From positions 111,416,001 to 111,480,000 of the forward strand of contig NC_087437.1 of the NCBI RefSeq assembly GCF_036321535.1: a stretch of 64,000 nt of DNA, read 5' to 3'. The position numbers were made by a program, and so were the translations under genes. This document shows, piece by piece, positions 1 through 11,900 of the stretch. The notes under the pieces were generated by a model that was not told where the DNA came from, did no database searches, and saw only the letters and a program-made list of their open reading frames with translations. Origin of the DNA: Camelus dromedarius (lineage: Eukaryota). Every line of letters begins with the position of its first letter. The stretch's first letter is position 1.

Positions 1-169
1 CAACCCTGAGGAAATGGAGCCACTAAATACAAGTCAAATCCGGTTACAGTCAAAATCCAAGTGAAGTGCAGCCAAAATATTTGCAAGCCCCAGGTAATGG
101 CCCAGTTACCCAGCATCGTTTGTTGTAACAGCATTTTGGAGCATTAAAAAAAGAGTGGTTGCTTCCACT

Positions 170-400
170 CTGGGCTCCTACAGCATCCTACTGCTCTCAC
201 CAAAGCATTTATCACACTTTCTTGTACTTCCTCACAGTTGGGACTTCTAAAGTGTTTGTTTAATGCACTGTCTTTACGAAGATGAAGACCACTGCTGATT
301 GATTTTTTTTGTCCCCTGCATCTAACACATCGACTGATATGTGGAAGGCACGGAGTCAGTGTTTGAGTAAATGAAGAAGGGGGAAGGATTGAATGAATGT
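170..400 (+). mobile_element. L2 LINE 3' end fragment
   Basis: Degenerate L2 3' terminus (tgtcccctgcatctaacaca...gtgtttgagtaaatgaa) ending in tgaa-type repeats. Confidence 0.55.
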
Positions 401-539
401 AAAAATAATAATAATAATTAAAGCAGCAGCCAGTATTGATGTCACACAAGAAAAGCATAGAGGGAAGAGGACCAAAAAGTGGGGTCTGTTAATTGTGGCA
501 ATTGCTGCAGAGCCCAAGTAATGACAAGAAGGATGGACT

Positions 540-750
540 CAGTGCCTGCTGTGCTCCAGGCACTGTTCTAGGAGAGGCAGGTGTATTAATCCAACTAATC
601 CTCAGGATAACCCACAAGGTAGATTATCCCTCTTCCCATTTTATAGAGAAGTAAGTAATTGGCCCCAAATCACATAGTCAGCAAGCGATAGATGAACCGA
701 GGTCAGGACCCAGGCCACCTGGCTGCAACGTCTGTGCTCACAAGCACATC
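540..750 (-). mobile_element. MIR SINE
   Basis: Reverse MIR core: ccaggcactgttctagg...aatcctcaggataaccc...cccattttatagag...gccccaaatcacatagt. Confidence 0.7.
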
Positions 751-884
751 ACACCTGGGGAATGAAGGAATGAAGCCCTTTGGAGTGAACACCTAAGGAC
801 ATAGCCCCAGAGAGGACCTGGCTGGGTACATGCAACTGGTTTGGAGTTGTTCAGAAAGTTCCAGGGATTGGAGGAGTTAATAAA

Positions 885-2592
885 TGGTTGTACTACTCAA
901 AGCAATCTACAGATTTAATGTGATCTCTATCAAATTTCCCAGGACATTTTTCACAGAATAATCTTAAATTTTACATAGAATCACAAAAGATCCCAAGTTG
1001 CCAAAGCAATCCTGAGGAAAAAGAACAAAGCTAGAGGCATAACTCTGCCAAGACTTCAGCCAATCCTACAAAGCTACAGTAATAAAAACTGTATAGTATT
1101 GTCACAAAAGCAGACTTATAGATCAATGGAACAGAATAGAGAGCCCAGAAATAAACCCACACACCTGTGGTCAACTAATCTTCAAGTAAAAAGGCAAGAA
1201 TATACAATGGAGAAAAAGTCTCTTCAGAAAGTGGTGTTGGGAAAGCCCGACAGCCACATGTAAATCAATGAAGTTAGAAGACTCCCTCACACCATACACA
1301 AAAATAAACTCAAAATGGCTTAAAGACCTAAATATAAGACATGATACCAAAAAAAATTCCTAGAAAAGAACACAGGCAAAACATTCTTGGACATAAATCA
1401 TAGCAATATCTTCTTAGGTCAGTCTCCTAAGGCAAAAGAAATGAAAGCAAAAATAAACAAATGGAACCTAATCAAGCTTAAAAGCTTTTGCTTAGCAAAG
1501 GAAATCATAAACAAAGCAAAAAGACAACCTCTGGACTAGGAGAGAATATTTGCAAGCAATGTGACTGACAAGGGTTAATTTCCAAAATATACAAACAGCT
1601 CATACAACTCAGTATTGAAAAAATAAACACACCAATCAAAAATGGGTAGAAGACCTAAACAGGTATTTCTCCAAAGAAGAAGTATATATGGCCAACAGGC
1701 TCATGAAAAGATACTCAACATTATTAATTATTTGAGAAATGCAAATCAAAACTACAATGAGGTATCACCTCACACTAGTCAGAATGGCCATCATTAAAAT
1801 GTCTAAAATACTAAATGCTGAAAAGGGTGTGGAGAAAAAGGAACCCTCCTACACTGTTGATGGGAATGTAAATTGGTGCAGCCACTATGGAAGAGAGTAT
1901 GGAGGTTCCTTAAAAAACTAAGAGTAGACTTACCATATGATCCAGCAATCCCACTCTTAGGCATATATCCAGAGAAGACGAAAACTCTAATTCAAAAAGA
2001 TATGTGCATCCCAATGTCCATAGCAGCACCATTTACAATAGCCAAGACATGGGATCAACCTAAGTGTCCATCAACAGATGACTGGATAAAGAAGATGCGG
2101 TGTATATCTGTATATACAATGGAATATTACTCATCTATAAAAAAGAATGAAAGAGTTCCATTTGCAGCAACATGGATGGACCAAGAGATTATCATACTGA
2201 GTGAAGTAAGTCTCAGGCAGAGAAAGGAAAATACTATATCACTTATATTTGGAATCTAAAAAATAATACAAATGAACTTATTTACAAAACAGAAACAGAC
2301 TCACAGACATAGAAAACAAATTTACGGTTACCAAAGGGGAAGTGGGGGTGGAGGCGATAAATTAGGAGTCTAGGATTAACAGATACGTACCACTACATAT
2401 AAAATAGATAAACAACAAGGATTTACTGTATAGCACAGGGAACTATATTCAGTATTTTGTAATAACCTGGAATGGAAAAGAAACTGAAAAAAATATATAT
2501 GTATAACTGAATTACTTTGCTGTACACCTGAAACTAACGCAACATTGTCAATCATCTATACTTCAGTTAAAAAATAAAAACATTAAAAAAAA
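885..2592 (+). mobile_element. 5'-truncated L1 LINE (3' part of ORF2, 3' UTR, A-tail), frameshifted
   Basis: ORFs 1739-1921 ([20 protein letters not shown]) and 1873-2259 ([49 protein letters not shown]) are the L1 ORF2p C-terminus; AATAAA and A-tail ~2570-2592; possible eroded TSD agaaagttccaggga (853-867) / agaaaactccaaggg (2592-2606). Confidence 0.95.
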
Positions 2593-3074
2593 GAAAACTC
2601 CAAGGGGAGAAGGGTTCTTCAGTCCTGAATGAGGGCTTGTAGGATGAAAACTACTTGGAGCTTTGGAGTTAGGAGCTAAGCCTCACCCCACGGCCCTCAG
2701 CTGCTCAGGAGGAAGACTGTCTGTGTCCTCCCAGGTGCTAAGTTGGGTAGGGGGAGAGCCAGCTGACGGGAGGGATTGCCCAGGCACAAGGGGGTGTGGA
2801 CCAGAGGGTGGAACTGTGAGGAGCTCCGAAGGGAAAACACTCCAATTGTCTGATGTCCTGGTGCTCTCTGGACATCAGGGGACGTGGGCAGGAAGACTGA
2901 GCAAGTGAAACTAAAAGCTGATCAATGAAAGTTTCTGCAGAAACCTGAGAAGACCCAAGGAAGCTCCAGTTGGAAAAATAACAGGACCAAAGACCATGCA
3001 ATTCACAAGGAAATAGAATATCTTGGCTCCTTCCATGACATCAGAGCACTATGGCGTCCCTCAACCTGGGATAG

Positions 3075-3300
3075 ACTGGTTACAGAAATGGCTGCAATTC
3101 CTCACCACTCCCTGCATCCAGTCCTTCCAGTGTCTCTTTGCAGCTCCGACTGCCATGTCCATGTGACAGCCCAGCCAAGATCAGCAGAGCTGCCTCCCTG
3201 CCCTGCATCAGATGGATGAGCAAGCCCAGCTGAGACTAGAGAACCATCCGGATTACCTGTGGACTCGTGAGCACACTGGGGCTTCTTTCTGCTCTAAGCT
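3075..3300 (+). mobile_element. MaLR LTR fragment (MLT1G/H-like)
   Basis: cccagccaagatcagcagagctgcc...gatgagcaagcccagctgagac...gactcgtgagca resembles the MLT1 3' half. Confidence 0.6.
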
Positions 3301-3739
3301 CTGGATCCCATGTTGATGGAGTCCTTGTCAAATACAAAAAGGGTTCGATGCTGATTGAAACTCCAGACCCATCTCTCGTCTGATCTCTGTTTTCATGGTC
3401 TCCAAAGTGTCCAACACATGTGCAGAATTAGGTCAAATTGGAATTACAGAGATGGAAAAATTCACAGAGAACATTTCATTCACTCTAATAATAAATGTGG
3501 CCGTCCCTCTCCACTTCAGCCCCGTCTACAACTTGACTTCATGATTGAAGCTCCAAAATGCTACAAAGTCTGGGTAAACTCTCCCAATATGAAGACCTGC
3601 ATCTCATTCCAAACTCTGGCACCCAGCACCCCCTGGGGAAGACCTCAAGATATGTATGTGGCACTGAATACCTTTTCCAAAAGAAGTGTCTCCAAGTAAG
3701 TCTTTTTAACGCCTACACTCCACGCTGCCAGTCAGGTTT

Positions 3740-4030
3740 ACTTAAGGATGCAGACACACGAGTGGGGAGGGATTTATTAGAAGCAGTTGGTACTAGCTTG
3801 GCCTGGGCCCCTGGGCTCAACCCATGGCCCCTCATCTTCCAGCAGGTTAGACCAGCTTCCTTACGTGACGTCCTCAGGGTAGCGTTCTGGTTTTGGAAGT
3901 CAGACGATGTCACTTTGACTGCATCTTATTAGTCAAAGCGAGTCACAAGGCCAGCCCATTTTCCAAAGGGGGACAAATCCACTCCACTTCTTGAGCTGCA
4001 AAACTTTGGGCCAGATGTAACCTGCCACAC
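3740..4030 (-). mobile_element. MaLR LTR fragment (MLT1)
   Basis: ttattagtcaaagcgagtcacaaggccagccca...actccacttcttgagctgcaaa...ctgccaca, the reverse MLT1 5' end. Confidence 0.6.
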
Positions 4031-4344
4031 TATATTTGGGCTTCATTTTTCCTGTTGAATATTATTCATGCTGAAGAGCAGGACCACTCTCCGTAGAGGA
4101 ACGCTTAGTCATCCACTCGGCTTCAGCCCGAAGAGAGTAACTAAACCTGACGGGAGATGCTGGGGTCAGCACAGATACACACGATTTAGGGCAGGTCAGC
4201 TGAGGGAAGGACCAGGGTGTAAGGCCTGCCCCAGAGATGCACCTGAGAACGTGTTCATAGGTGAGAATCAGAGAGAAGCTGCGGATGCTGACAGGGGTGG
4301 GGGGTAATAGGGTGGAGAATCAGGGAAGGAGGAATGGGTTGGAC

Positions 4345-4740
4345 AAGTACCTACCATGTGCCAGGTGCTTGACACACATCATTTCACTCAGTCCTTACAA
4401 CGACCCATTACAATCCTGATAGCAAACACTCACATCACGGTTACCACATGCCAGGCCCAGAGCTAATTGCTTTCCACATGGTTACGCAGCTAATATTAGC
4501 AACAACCCTGAAATAGATACCAGTGTTTATCCCTTTCCACAGATGAAAAGAAAACTAAGGCCCAGAGACGTTAAGTACCTAGCCCAAGGGCACACAGCTA
4601 GTAGGAGATGAAGTTAGGTTCCACCATTACACACCTAAGAAAACTGAGGCTCGGAGAGATGAAATCACTTGCCAAAGGACACAGAGCTGAACAAAGATTC
4701 ACACCTAAATCTGTCTGACTTCCAAATCTGGGCATTTTCC
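4345..4740 (-). mobile_element. Two MIR SINEs, one (~4418-4620) nested in the other
   Basis: Two MIR 3' ends (ccatgtgccagg / cacatgccagg) followed by two cores (gaaaactaaggcccagaga; gaaaactgaggctcggagag). Confidence 0.7.
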
Positions 4741-7700
4741 TTGAATACAGTTTTCTCAGGGAAAGATTTCCTTCAAGAGGAAGATTATTGCAGACTCTTC
4801 CAGAAAGGGGAGACCGGTGCTATGGGAAGAGATTAATCAAGGCAATCAGACTTTCTTAGTGAAACAAAATGACAAGAAACCAACAGTGGGCATTTGTTTG
4901 CAAATAGCTGAGCATAGACTGGGCCCCATATAATACAAGTGAAGTAAGGAAAAGGCACGTGCCTGGTACTTAACATTGGCTTTCTTTTCTTTTCTTTTGA
5001 TATTTAATGTCTTGTCAGTTAAGAGAATTAACTGGTTCCTGTCTTGAACAGATAGGGGCATCTTTATGGGAAGGTGTGTGTCAACACAGCCAGCGTTTCA
5101 CAGGGAGATCTATTGCAAGGGGGTCTCTGTAAATCCCCAGCCGGCCAGTCTAGTGGAAAAGCAGCACCTGATGGCCCAGAACAGAGCAAAGGGCCAGAAA
5201 CTCCCCCCACCGACTCAGGATGCTCCATTCACAGGCAGTGGGGAGGTGTCCCTATGACCCCAAGCCTACTCCTGCAGAAGCAGCATCTGCAGGTTCCAGA
5301 AGAAGAGGGAAAGAAGGGATGGTTTGGAGGGCTGCCACTCTGGAAGGTGTCGCCAGGAAGGCAGCTTGAACCCTAATCAGACTCAACATATGCCTGACTA
5401 GAAACAACAGAGGGCCTGGCACGGGATCCGTCTAGGTCTGTGCTTGGAGAAGCATCTCCAGAGGCTTTGTCAGTCTGCATGCTATGTTCCAGAGAATTCC
5501 ACGTGAGCCCGAGGGATGAGGCCATTCTGTGACGGAGCTGGAAAACCCTAAGTGACTGCAGAGACAAGGGATCCTGGCGAGGACCTTGTGGAAGGAGGAG
5601 AGGCAGACTCGCCATCCCTGGGAGGGAGCCGGGTGCCCCATCTCAGCCCAGCCTCTGAGTTACCTGTTCCCAAGATGGAAGATTTCAGCTGATGACTTTT
5701 TCATGAAACATCTTTTTTTTGGAGGGAAGAGGGGAAGCTTGGAGTTCTAGTGAGGATTGGAGTGGAGATCGAGGCGGGTAAGAATAGGCACTGGTGAGAA
5801 CACGGCAGGATTGCGTGAGAAACCATCTGAGTGAAAGGGTTCCTTCCTGCAGCAGAGCCGCAGATGCAGGCGTTGAAGCCTGATGTGTCCATTGGGGTCT
5901 CCCCATTTCGCGTCTCCTGTCCCACCCACCCTCACATCCACCAGCACACACAGGATCCCCAAGGAGCAGTGGGGGGCCAGGGCAAGTCCTTCGAAGGCTC
6001 CTTCTCGCTGAGCCAGCACCCGCCCCCCTCCCCACGGCTCCACCCGCAGGCATGTCTTCAGCACGTCCAGGCCCAGGACGTCTGCGCACAACCCTATTCC
6101 CCTTTAGCAACTGGCCCTCACCAGCATCGGCCCTCTCCCTCCCGCGTGGTCTGGGGGTGGGGGGCTTGACTGCCTCTCACTCTGTCCTCCCTGCAGCACA
6201 ACCCCAAGAGCCTCAGACATTTCATGCCTCAACGGGAGGGAACAGGCCGCGAAGCATCACCAGCCGCCTCCAGGCTCTTGTGTTTGGGCTCTGGTCGGAT
6301 CGACCCATTTTGGTCGTTTTCCCCGAGTCCTGGGCTTCAAGGACACCCTCAGACCTTTACAGCAGCGTAGAGCTTTGGCACCTCCAGGTCCCCTGGGACC
6401 TGGCAGACTGCAAACATGCCCAGGATGGCCCCAGGAGACTGAGTAGCTTTGAGCCTACACCTGTGGGGTTCTGGAGGAGTCAGGTTCCAGCAGATACCAG
6501 ATTTGATTCTCTTTAAGTCCCAGAATCTCTCCAAACCTCCAGGAAAGTCTTGGAGTTCCCAAAGTGAAAGCTGGACGAGGTCAGCCCTCCTTACCTGCAA
6601 TGAATAGGGAGGAATGGCCCCCTGTGCACGTGAAGGTTGAAATGTTGCTTCTGTACCATCAAGAACCAGTTCACTGTTAGGACTGTGACTTTGGGAAAGC
6701 TTGGGATGACTCGCTTCATTAAAAGACAACACTCGCTATGCCACCCAGCTCATTGTTTTCTATGGGACCCCAGTGCTTCCCTGATGCACATGGGAAGGCT
6801 TCCAAAATCTTTTGCCAATTGAAGGAATGACCTCACCTTCTCACGAGGTGGCCACCACCCTGCCGCCCACAGGAAAAGGGTCTGGAAGCTCCCCATGGTG
6901 GGGAAGTTATCTGATGGTCGTCTCTTAGTTTGTTTTTCATAGGTCCTCACGGTGGGGACTGACTATGTTCACTGTTCATATTTTACTGCAAAAAATATCT
7001 ATAACCTCCTTCCCAGAAAATCAAACACTACTTTACATGTTGGAGAAGCAGCATGATGTAAAACTCCCCAGAGCAGAGGCAGACAGAGTGATTCATACCC
7101 TCTCTTCAGAGACATATGCTGTGCACGTGTGCCCAGTGTAGACCTCGCAGCAGGCTGGATTCTGAGAGGGGCCCGCTCGGGAGAAAAATCTTTATTTTTA
7201 CCCGTTGCCAAAAAGGGAACCTCACCCCAATTCTCCCTCATAAATAGCACGCTCAGAAGCCTCGCCGTTTCTGAAGGCTGCTCATAATAAGCGCAAGATG
7301 CTCAGTCTAACTTAAACCATAGACGGACGACTGGGTTTACAGAAATCAAATTAGACTCATTCTCTAAAATGAAAGAACTCAGTCTTCTAAAAATACAGTA
7401 GCGTTTGTTTCTGGCCAGGCTGCTATGTTTGCACACTTTTCTTTGTTTCTGGAACCTACGCCTTTCAAAAGATGCTCTACAGTCCTGACCCGCAGAGGAC
7501 CTGTCCCTTGGTGTGGTTTAAGATAGATGTGATTCTGGTGCACGTCAAGGAAAAGTTGAAGGCGACACCTCCTGAAAGTTGAAAAGACAGGATGTGTGGT
7601 GACTGAGCCGTCTGGAGGTGGATTTTTGTTGTTATTTTTAAAAGCAGCTGGAGAGTTCACAGCTGTAAGAAGTAGCCTTGAAAACAAGATTCAGTCCTTG

Positions 7701-8164
7701 CGGAGAGCCAGCTTGGTAAATACAGTGACGCCTTATATTAACACTACTGTCCCAGGATGCATGAGAAATGACAGGAAGACATCTTAATCACTCCCTTGGG
7801 AAGAGGGAACTTGATTTATCATTGGGGAAACTGAGGCTACCTGAGATGAAGCTTTTTGCCCAACATGATGGAGCAAATCTGGCTCATTTCCACTGACTCG
7901 TCAGGCATGAGTCCCAGCGGCTGGATAGGAGTGGCTCTCATCTGAGCTCTCTGCTGGGGGGAGGCGGTCTTTGTTTGTGGGCAGAGAAGGCAAGAATGGG
8001 GAGGGGACCATAATGGTGTCTGTTTTGACCCTGGTGGGAAGCGTCATAGGAAGGTTTTCCCCCCACAGTCACCGAAATCTGTTCTGTCCCCTGGTTTGCA
8101 GGGATTTTCTCCTGAATTTCCCGAGACAACCTTTCTCCTACTGGGCCACAATCTATGTCCCCAT

Positions 8165-8622
8165 GGTAGGTGGAAGTCATCCCTGCTCCACCCTCAGCAC
8201 GTCCCTGCTGCAGAGACGTGTCCGCATCCTCATCCCTGGACCCTGTTAATGTGAACTTATTAGGGGAAAGGGTCTTTGTAGATGTATTCAAGTTGAAGAT
8301 TTTGAGATGAAGAGATTGTCCAATGGGCCCTCAATGCCATCACAAGCCTCTTTATAAGACACTTACACAAGGACGGAGATTTGATGCAGAAGAGGAGGAG
8401 GTGATGTGTGGTGGAGATGGAGATGGGAGTGATGTGGCCACAAGCCAAGGAAAGCCTGCAGCCACCAGGAGCTGGAGGAGACTCTCCCCGGGAGCCCTCA
8501 CAGGCTCTGCTGACAGCTTGATTTCAGACTCCTGGCCTCCAGAACGGTGAGAAAAGAAAAGTCTGTTGTTGTAAGTGATCAAGTTTATGGTGGTTTGTTA
8601 CAGCAGCCACAGAAAACCAGCA
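8165..8622 (+). mobile_element. MaLR solo LTR (MLT1C/D-like)
   Basis: aaagggtctttgtagatgt..gttgaagattttgagatg...gccacaagccaaggaa...gctgacagcttgatttcagactcctggcctccagaac...gtttgttacagcagccacagaaaac. Confidence 0.85.
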
Positions 8623-9501
8623 GTCTCCATCCCAGCTAAACTGAGACCTAGACTCCGATACCATGGAGGCTCACTGTCCTGTTCCATCATCCTTTTGACA
8701 GATATTTATTGAGTGCCGACACGTGCTGACAGAGTGAGGTGCTGAGATACAATGGTGAGCCAAGAGACACGAACCCCATCTTCAGGTCAGTAAGCAAATA
8801 AGTACACTGATTCCATTAGAGTCTGCCATGAGGGCAGAAGGACAGGGTGCATGACAGGTGATGACATGGTAATGGCCTTGTGTGGACAGCGACGGGGTGG
8901 GATTTAAACAGAGACCTGAGCTCCAATAGGGGAAGGAGCTTTCCAGTAACAGGGAACTGTCTGTGGGAAAACCTAGAAGCAGGGAGGCTCTGGAAGCTCT
9001 CAAGCATTACCTAAAGGCAGAAAGGAAGAAGGGCATTGGATGAGGATGGAAGACAGGCCACGCAGGCCTTAGGGTCCAAGCATAAGAACCTTAGCCTGTG
9101 TCCTAAAGACCTGGGGAGCCACCTGCTTCATGCACAGGGGTGGCCCAATCAGGTTGAGGTTTCAGAGGACTCAGTCTGGCTGCTGCATGGAGAGGGAGTG
9201 GGAGGGGCTGAAGTCAGTAGTATTAGGTCAATGAGGAGGCTCTTGAGAAGCCCAGACGAGGTATGATGGTTGTTTGCACTTGGATGTAGCAGCCGAGATG
9301 AGTTAGAAGTGGGTGGATTCCAAAAAGTGTAGGAAGTAGGAGCTGGTGATGGATTGGAGGCGGGTGATGAGGAGAGGGTGATGTACAGGGTACGTCTTGG
9401 GTTTCTCATTGGTACCAAGAGCAAGATGGTGATGCCAGAACCACTGGGAACTCTTGAGAAGGACCAGGTGGGGGGAAAGAAGATAATTAGTGTTTTCATC
9501 G

Positions 9502-9627
9502 AAAATGATCTTACTTCTCAGTTTTTCTGAGACAATCCAAGTTATGCCTATTATCTCAAAGTCTTGTCCAGAAATTATTATTCCCCCAAATGCCCTGGTT
9601 TGGAGCAATCAATTATACGGTCACCCT
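9502..9627. mobile_element. hAT-Blackjack MITE (MER81/MER94-like)
   Basis: Terminus aattatacggtcaccct is the reverse of AGGGTGACCGTATAATT; internal ccctggtttgga. Confidence 0.6.
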
Positions 9628-9720
9628 GGGCTAACGCTTGCGTGATTTGGAAGGCCTTTGAGATTTCGAGAATGTAGAATGACAAGAAGAGGGCGCTGAG
9701 GAGCAAACCTTGATGAACTT

Positions 9721-10419
9721 AATTTTTTTATTTAAAAAAATTTTTTAAATTGAAGTATAGTTGACTTACAATGTTGTGTTTGTCTCAGGTGTACATCAAA
9801 GTGATTCAGTTACATATATCTTTTTCAGTTTCTTTTCCATTATAGGTTATTACAAGATACTGAATATAGTTCCTTGTGTTATAGGGTAGGGCCTTATTGT
9901 TAATCTATTTTATATATAGTAGTGTGTATATACTAATTCCAAACTCCTAATTTATAACCCACACCCCCTTTCCTCTTTGGTAACCATAAGTTTGTTTTCT
10001 GTCAGTGAGTCTATTTCTGTTTTTATAAATAAAGTCATTTCAATCATTTTTTTTTCACTTTCCACATGTAAGTGGTATCACATACTTGTCTTTCTCTGTC
10101 TGACTTACTTCACTTAGTATGATAACTCTAGGTCCATCCATTTTGCCTCAGATGGCATTATTTCATTCTTTTTTATGTCTGAGTAGTATTCCATTATATA
10201 TATATGTGTGTATATACACATATATAATGGAATATACATATATATATAATGTGCTGGATAAAGAGGCTGTGGTACATATATATATATGTATATATATGTG
10301 CATATATACATATCACAACTTCCTTATCCAATCATCTGTCGATGGACGTGTAATTTGCTTCCATGTCTTGGCTGTTGTAAATAGTGCTACTATGAACATT
10401 GTAATTGGGGTGCATGTAT
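9721..10419 (-). mobile_element. 5'-truncated L1 3' end with TSD
   Basis: T-tail then the reverse L1 3' UTR (tgaagtatagttgacttacaatgttg...); minus ORF 10114-10311 contains MEYYSDIKKNEIMP; TSD cttgatgaactt (9709-9720) / cttaatgaactt (10420-10431). Confidence 0.93.
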
Positions 10420-10563
10420 CTTAATGAACTTTAGTATCCAAGGACTGGCACTCAAAACCAAACTGTCAGGCCAGAGAGGGGAGAACGATCAGGAGAGTGT
10501 GTGTCCCGGAGTAGCCAGAAATGTCCCTCTCGTCTCATTTTCCTGGCGAGACATCCTGTAGAG

Positions 10564-10753
10564 CAGAGGCCAGCAATATTTGGCTTCCTGGGCCATACGG
10601 TTTCTGTCACTACTCCCCAACTACGCTAGTGGAGCGTGACAGCAGCCTTAAATGATACATAATGAATGCTCGTGGCTGTGTTCCAATAAAACTCATTTAC
10701 AAAAACAGGCAGGGAGCCAGAGTTTGCCCATGGGAGCAGTTTGCTGGTCCTTA
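10564..10753. mobile_element. MER58A-like hAT-Charlie MITE
   Basis: gggccatacggtttctgtcac...gtggctgtgttccaataaaactcatttacaaaaacaggc. Confidence 0.8.
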
Positions 10754-11479
10754 CTTTAGAATAACACTCCAGGCCTCTTTTCTCCTTATTCCTCCCCTGG
10801 GGAGGTGTTGGGACTGATGGGTGTGTTTTACTGGGAAACTCAGGCCCCACCCCGGGGGCTCTGCCGGACTGTGGGGAGCTCCGAGATGCTGGAATCATAT
10901 GGGGCAGAGCATCCCAGGGGTGCCTGAGGCTGTTCAGTATGGCCACTATCAGAGCCACGATTCAGCCTCATTCAGGGATGAAGGATTATCAGGACCACTT
11001 GGCTGAGAGAACTAACCCTGGTCTCCAAAGACAGTTTTAGCAGAAATGAACTGATACCGGGACTCCCTCTGCATGACACCCATCTCTTACCGCAACCGCT
11101 CCCAACCGGGGAAGCCACCTCCACAGCCAGTCCGGACAGAAAAGGAAGTGCCTATTTACCAGTTCAACAGTCTTTGAGGTTGGATCTCTTTGCGTTGAAG
11201 ATTGACGACTCTTTTATGCAACCTCAGACAGAGTGTAGCCACTGTGGAGTCTGGTACTATTTGTTTTCTCTTCTAATTAATTAAAAAATATGAAGGCCTT
11301 GGTGGTGAGTAATGTACATCATGACTGTGACGTCACTGGTGGTTGGGAAGTGGAGTTGGGGTAAGATGTGAATGGGGGCACGGCCTTTATTTCTTTGGAG
11401 ATCGTGTCTGGGGCCCACGTTTCCTCTCGTTCCTGCCTCCCTTTAAGACGCCTGTCCTCACTCAACACCAGTGTTAGAT

Positions 11480-11900
11480 TCATACCGATTGAACAAGTAG
11501 CATGCATTCCTTATTATTATTATTAGAAAATACAGACACACAAAGAAGGAAGAAATAAAAGCCACCTTCAGTCCCCACCTGGAGATAGTGATTATTAATA
11601 GTTGGCTTTGCATTTTTTCCAGATGCAAGAATGAGATCATAATATGCATGTTGTTTTGTAACCCACTTTTGGCATTTAAAATATAATAAATAAACTTCCA
11701 GGCTCCAGAGCAAAATCGTACACCACGGGTTTTTGTAGTGATGTGACTCATTTACCTAATCCTCTCTCATTGGCCATTTAGGTTGTTTCCAAGTTTTCTC
11801 AAGTAAAATCAATGTTGCAGTGAACACCCTTATAACCAGTTGTGGGAGCACACCCTTAATTATTTACATAAGCTGAATTTCAAGAACGCAATCATGGCTG
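11480..11900 (-). mobile_element. Ancient L1 (L1ME-like) 3' fragment
   Basis: catttaggttgtttccaagtttt...aatgttgcagtgaacaccctt, the reverse L1 ORF2 end and 3' UTR. Confidence 0.6.

Larger units (their letters stand above)
8690..10520 (-). mobile_element. L2 LINE (3' end and ORF2 remnant), interrupted by a hAT-Blackjack MITE and an L1
   Basis: Starts with the reverse L2 tail atatttattgagtgcc; minus ORF 9149-9499 (SGITILLLVPMRNP...SGLLKSLL) is a frameshifted L2 ORF2; L2 sequence resumes at ~10432 (ggccagagagg..caggagagtgtg). Confidence 0.75.

Noticed and set aside
1739..2259. ORFs with clear protein similarity (also 27070-27363, 39031-39402, 41280-41510, 42916-43152)
   Set aside because: All are L1 ORF2p C-terminal or 3' UTR fragments in truncated copies, not host genes
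11170..11230. Hairpin tgaggttg...caacctca as a possible pre-miRNA
   Set aside because: Only ~8-12 bp of stem with a large pyrimidine-pyrimidine internal loop
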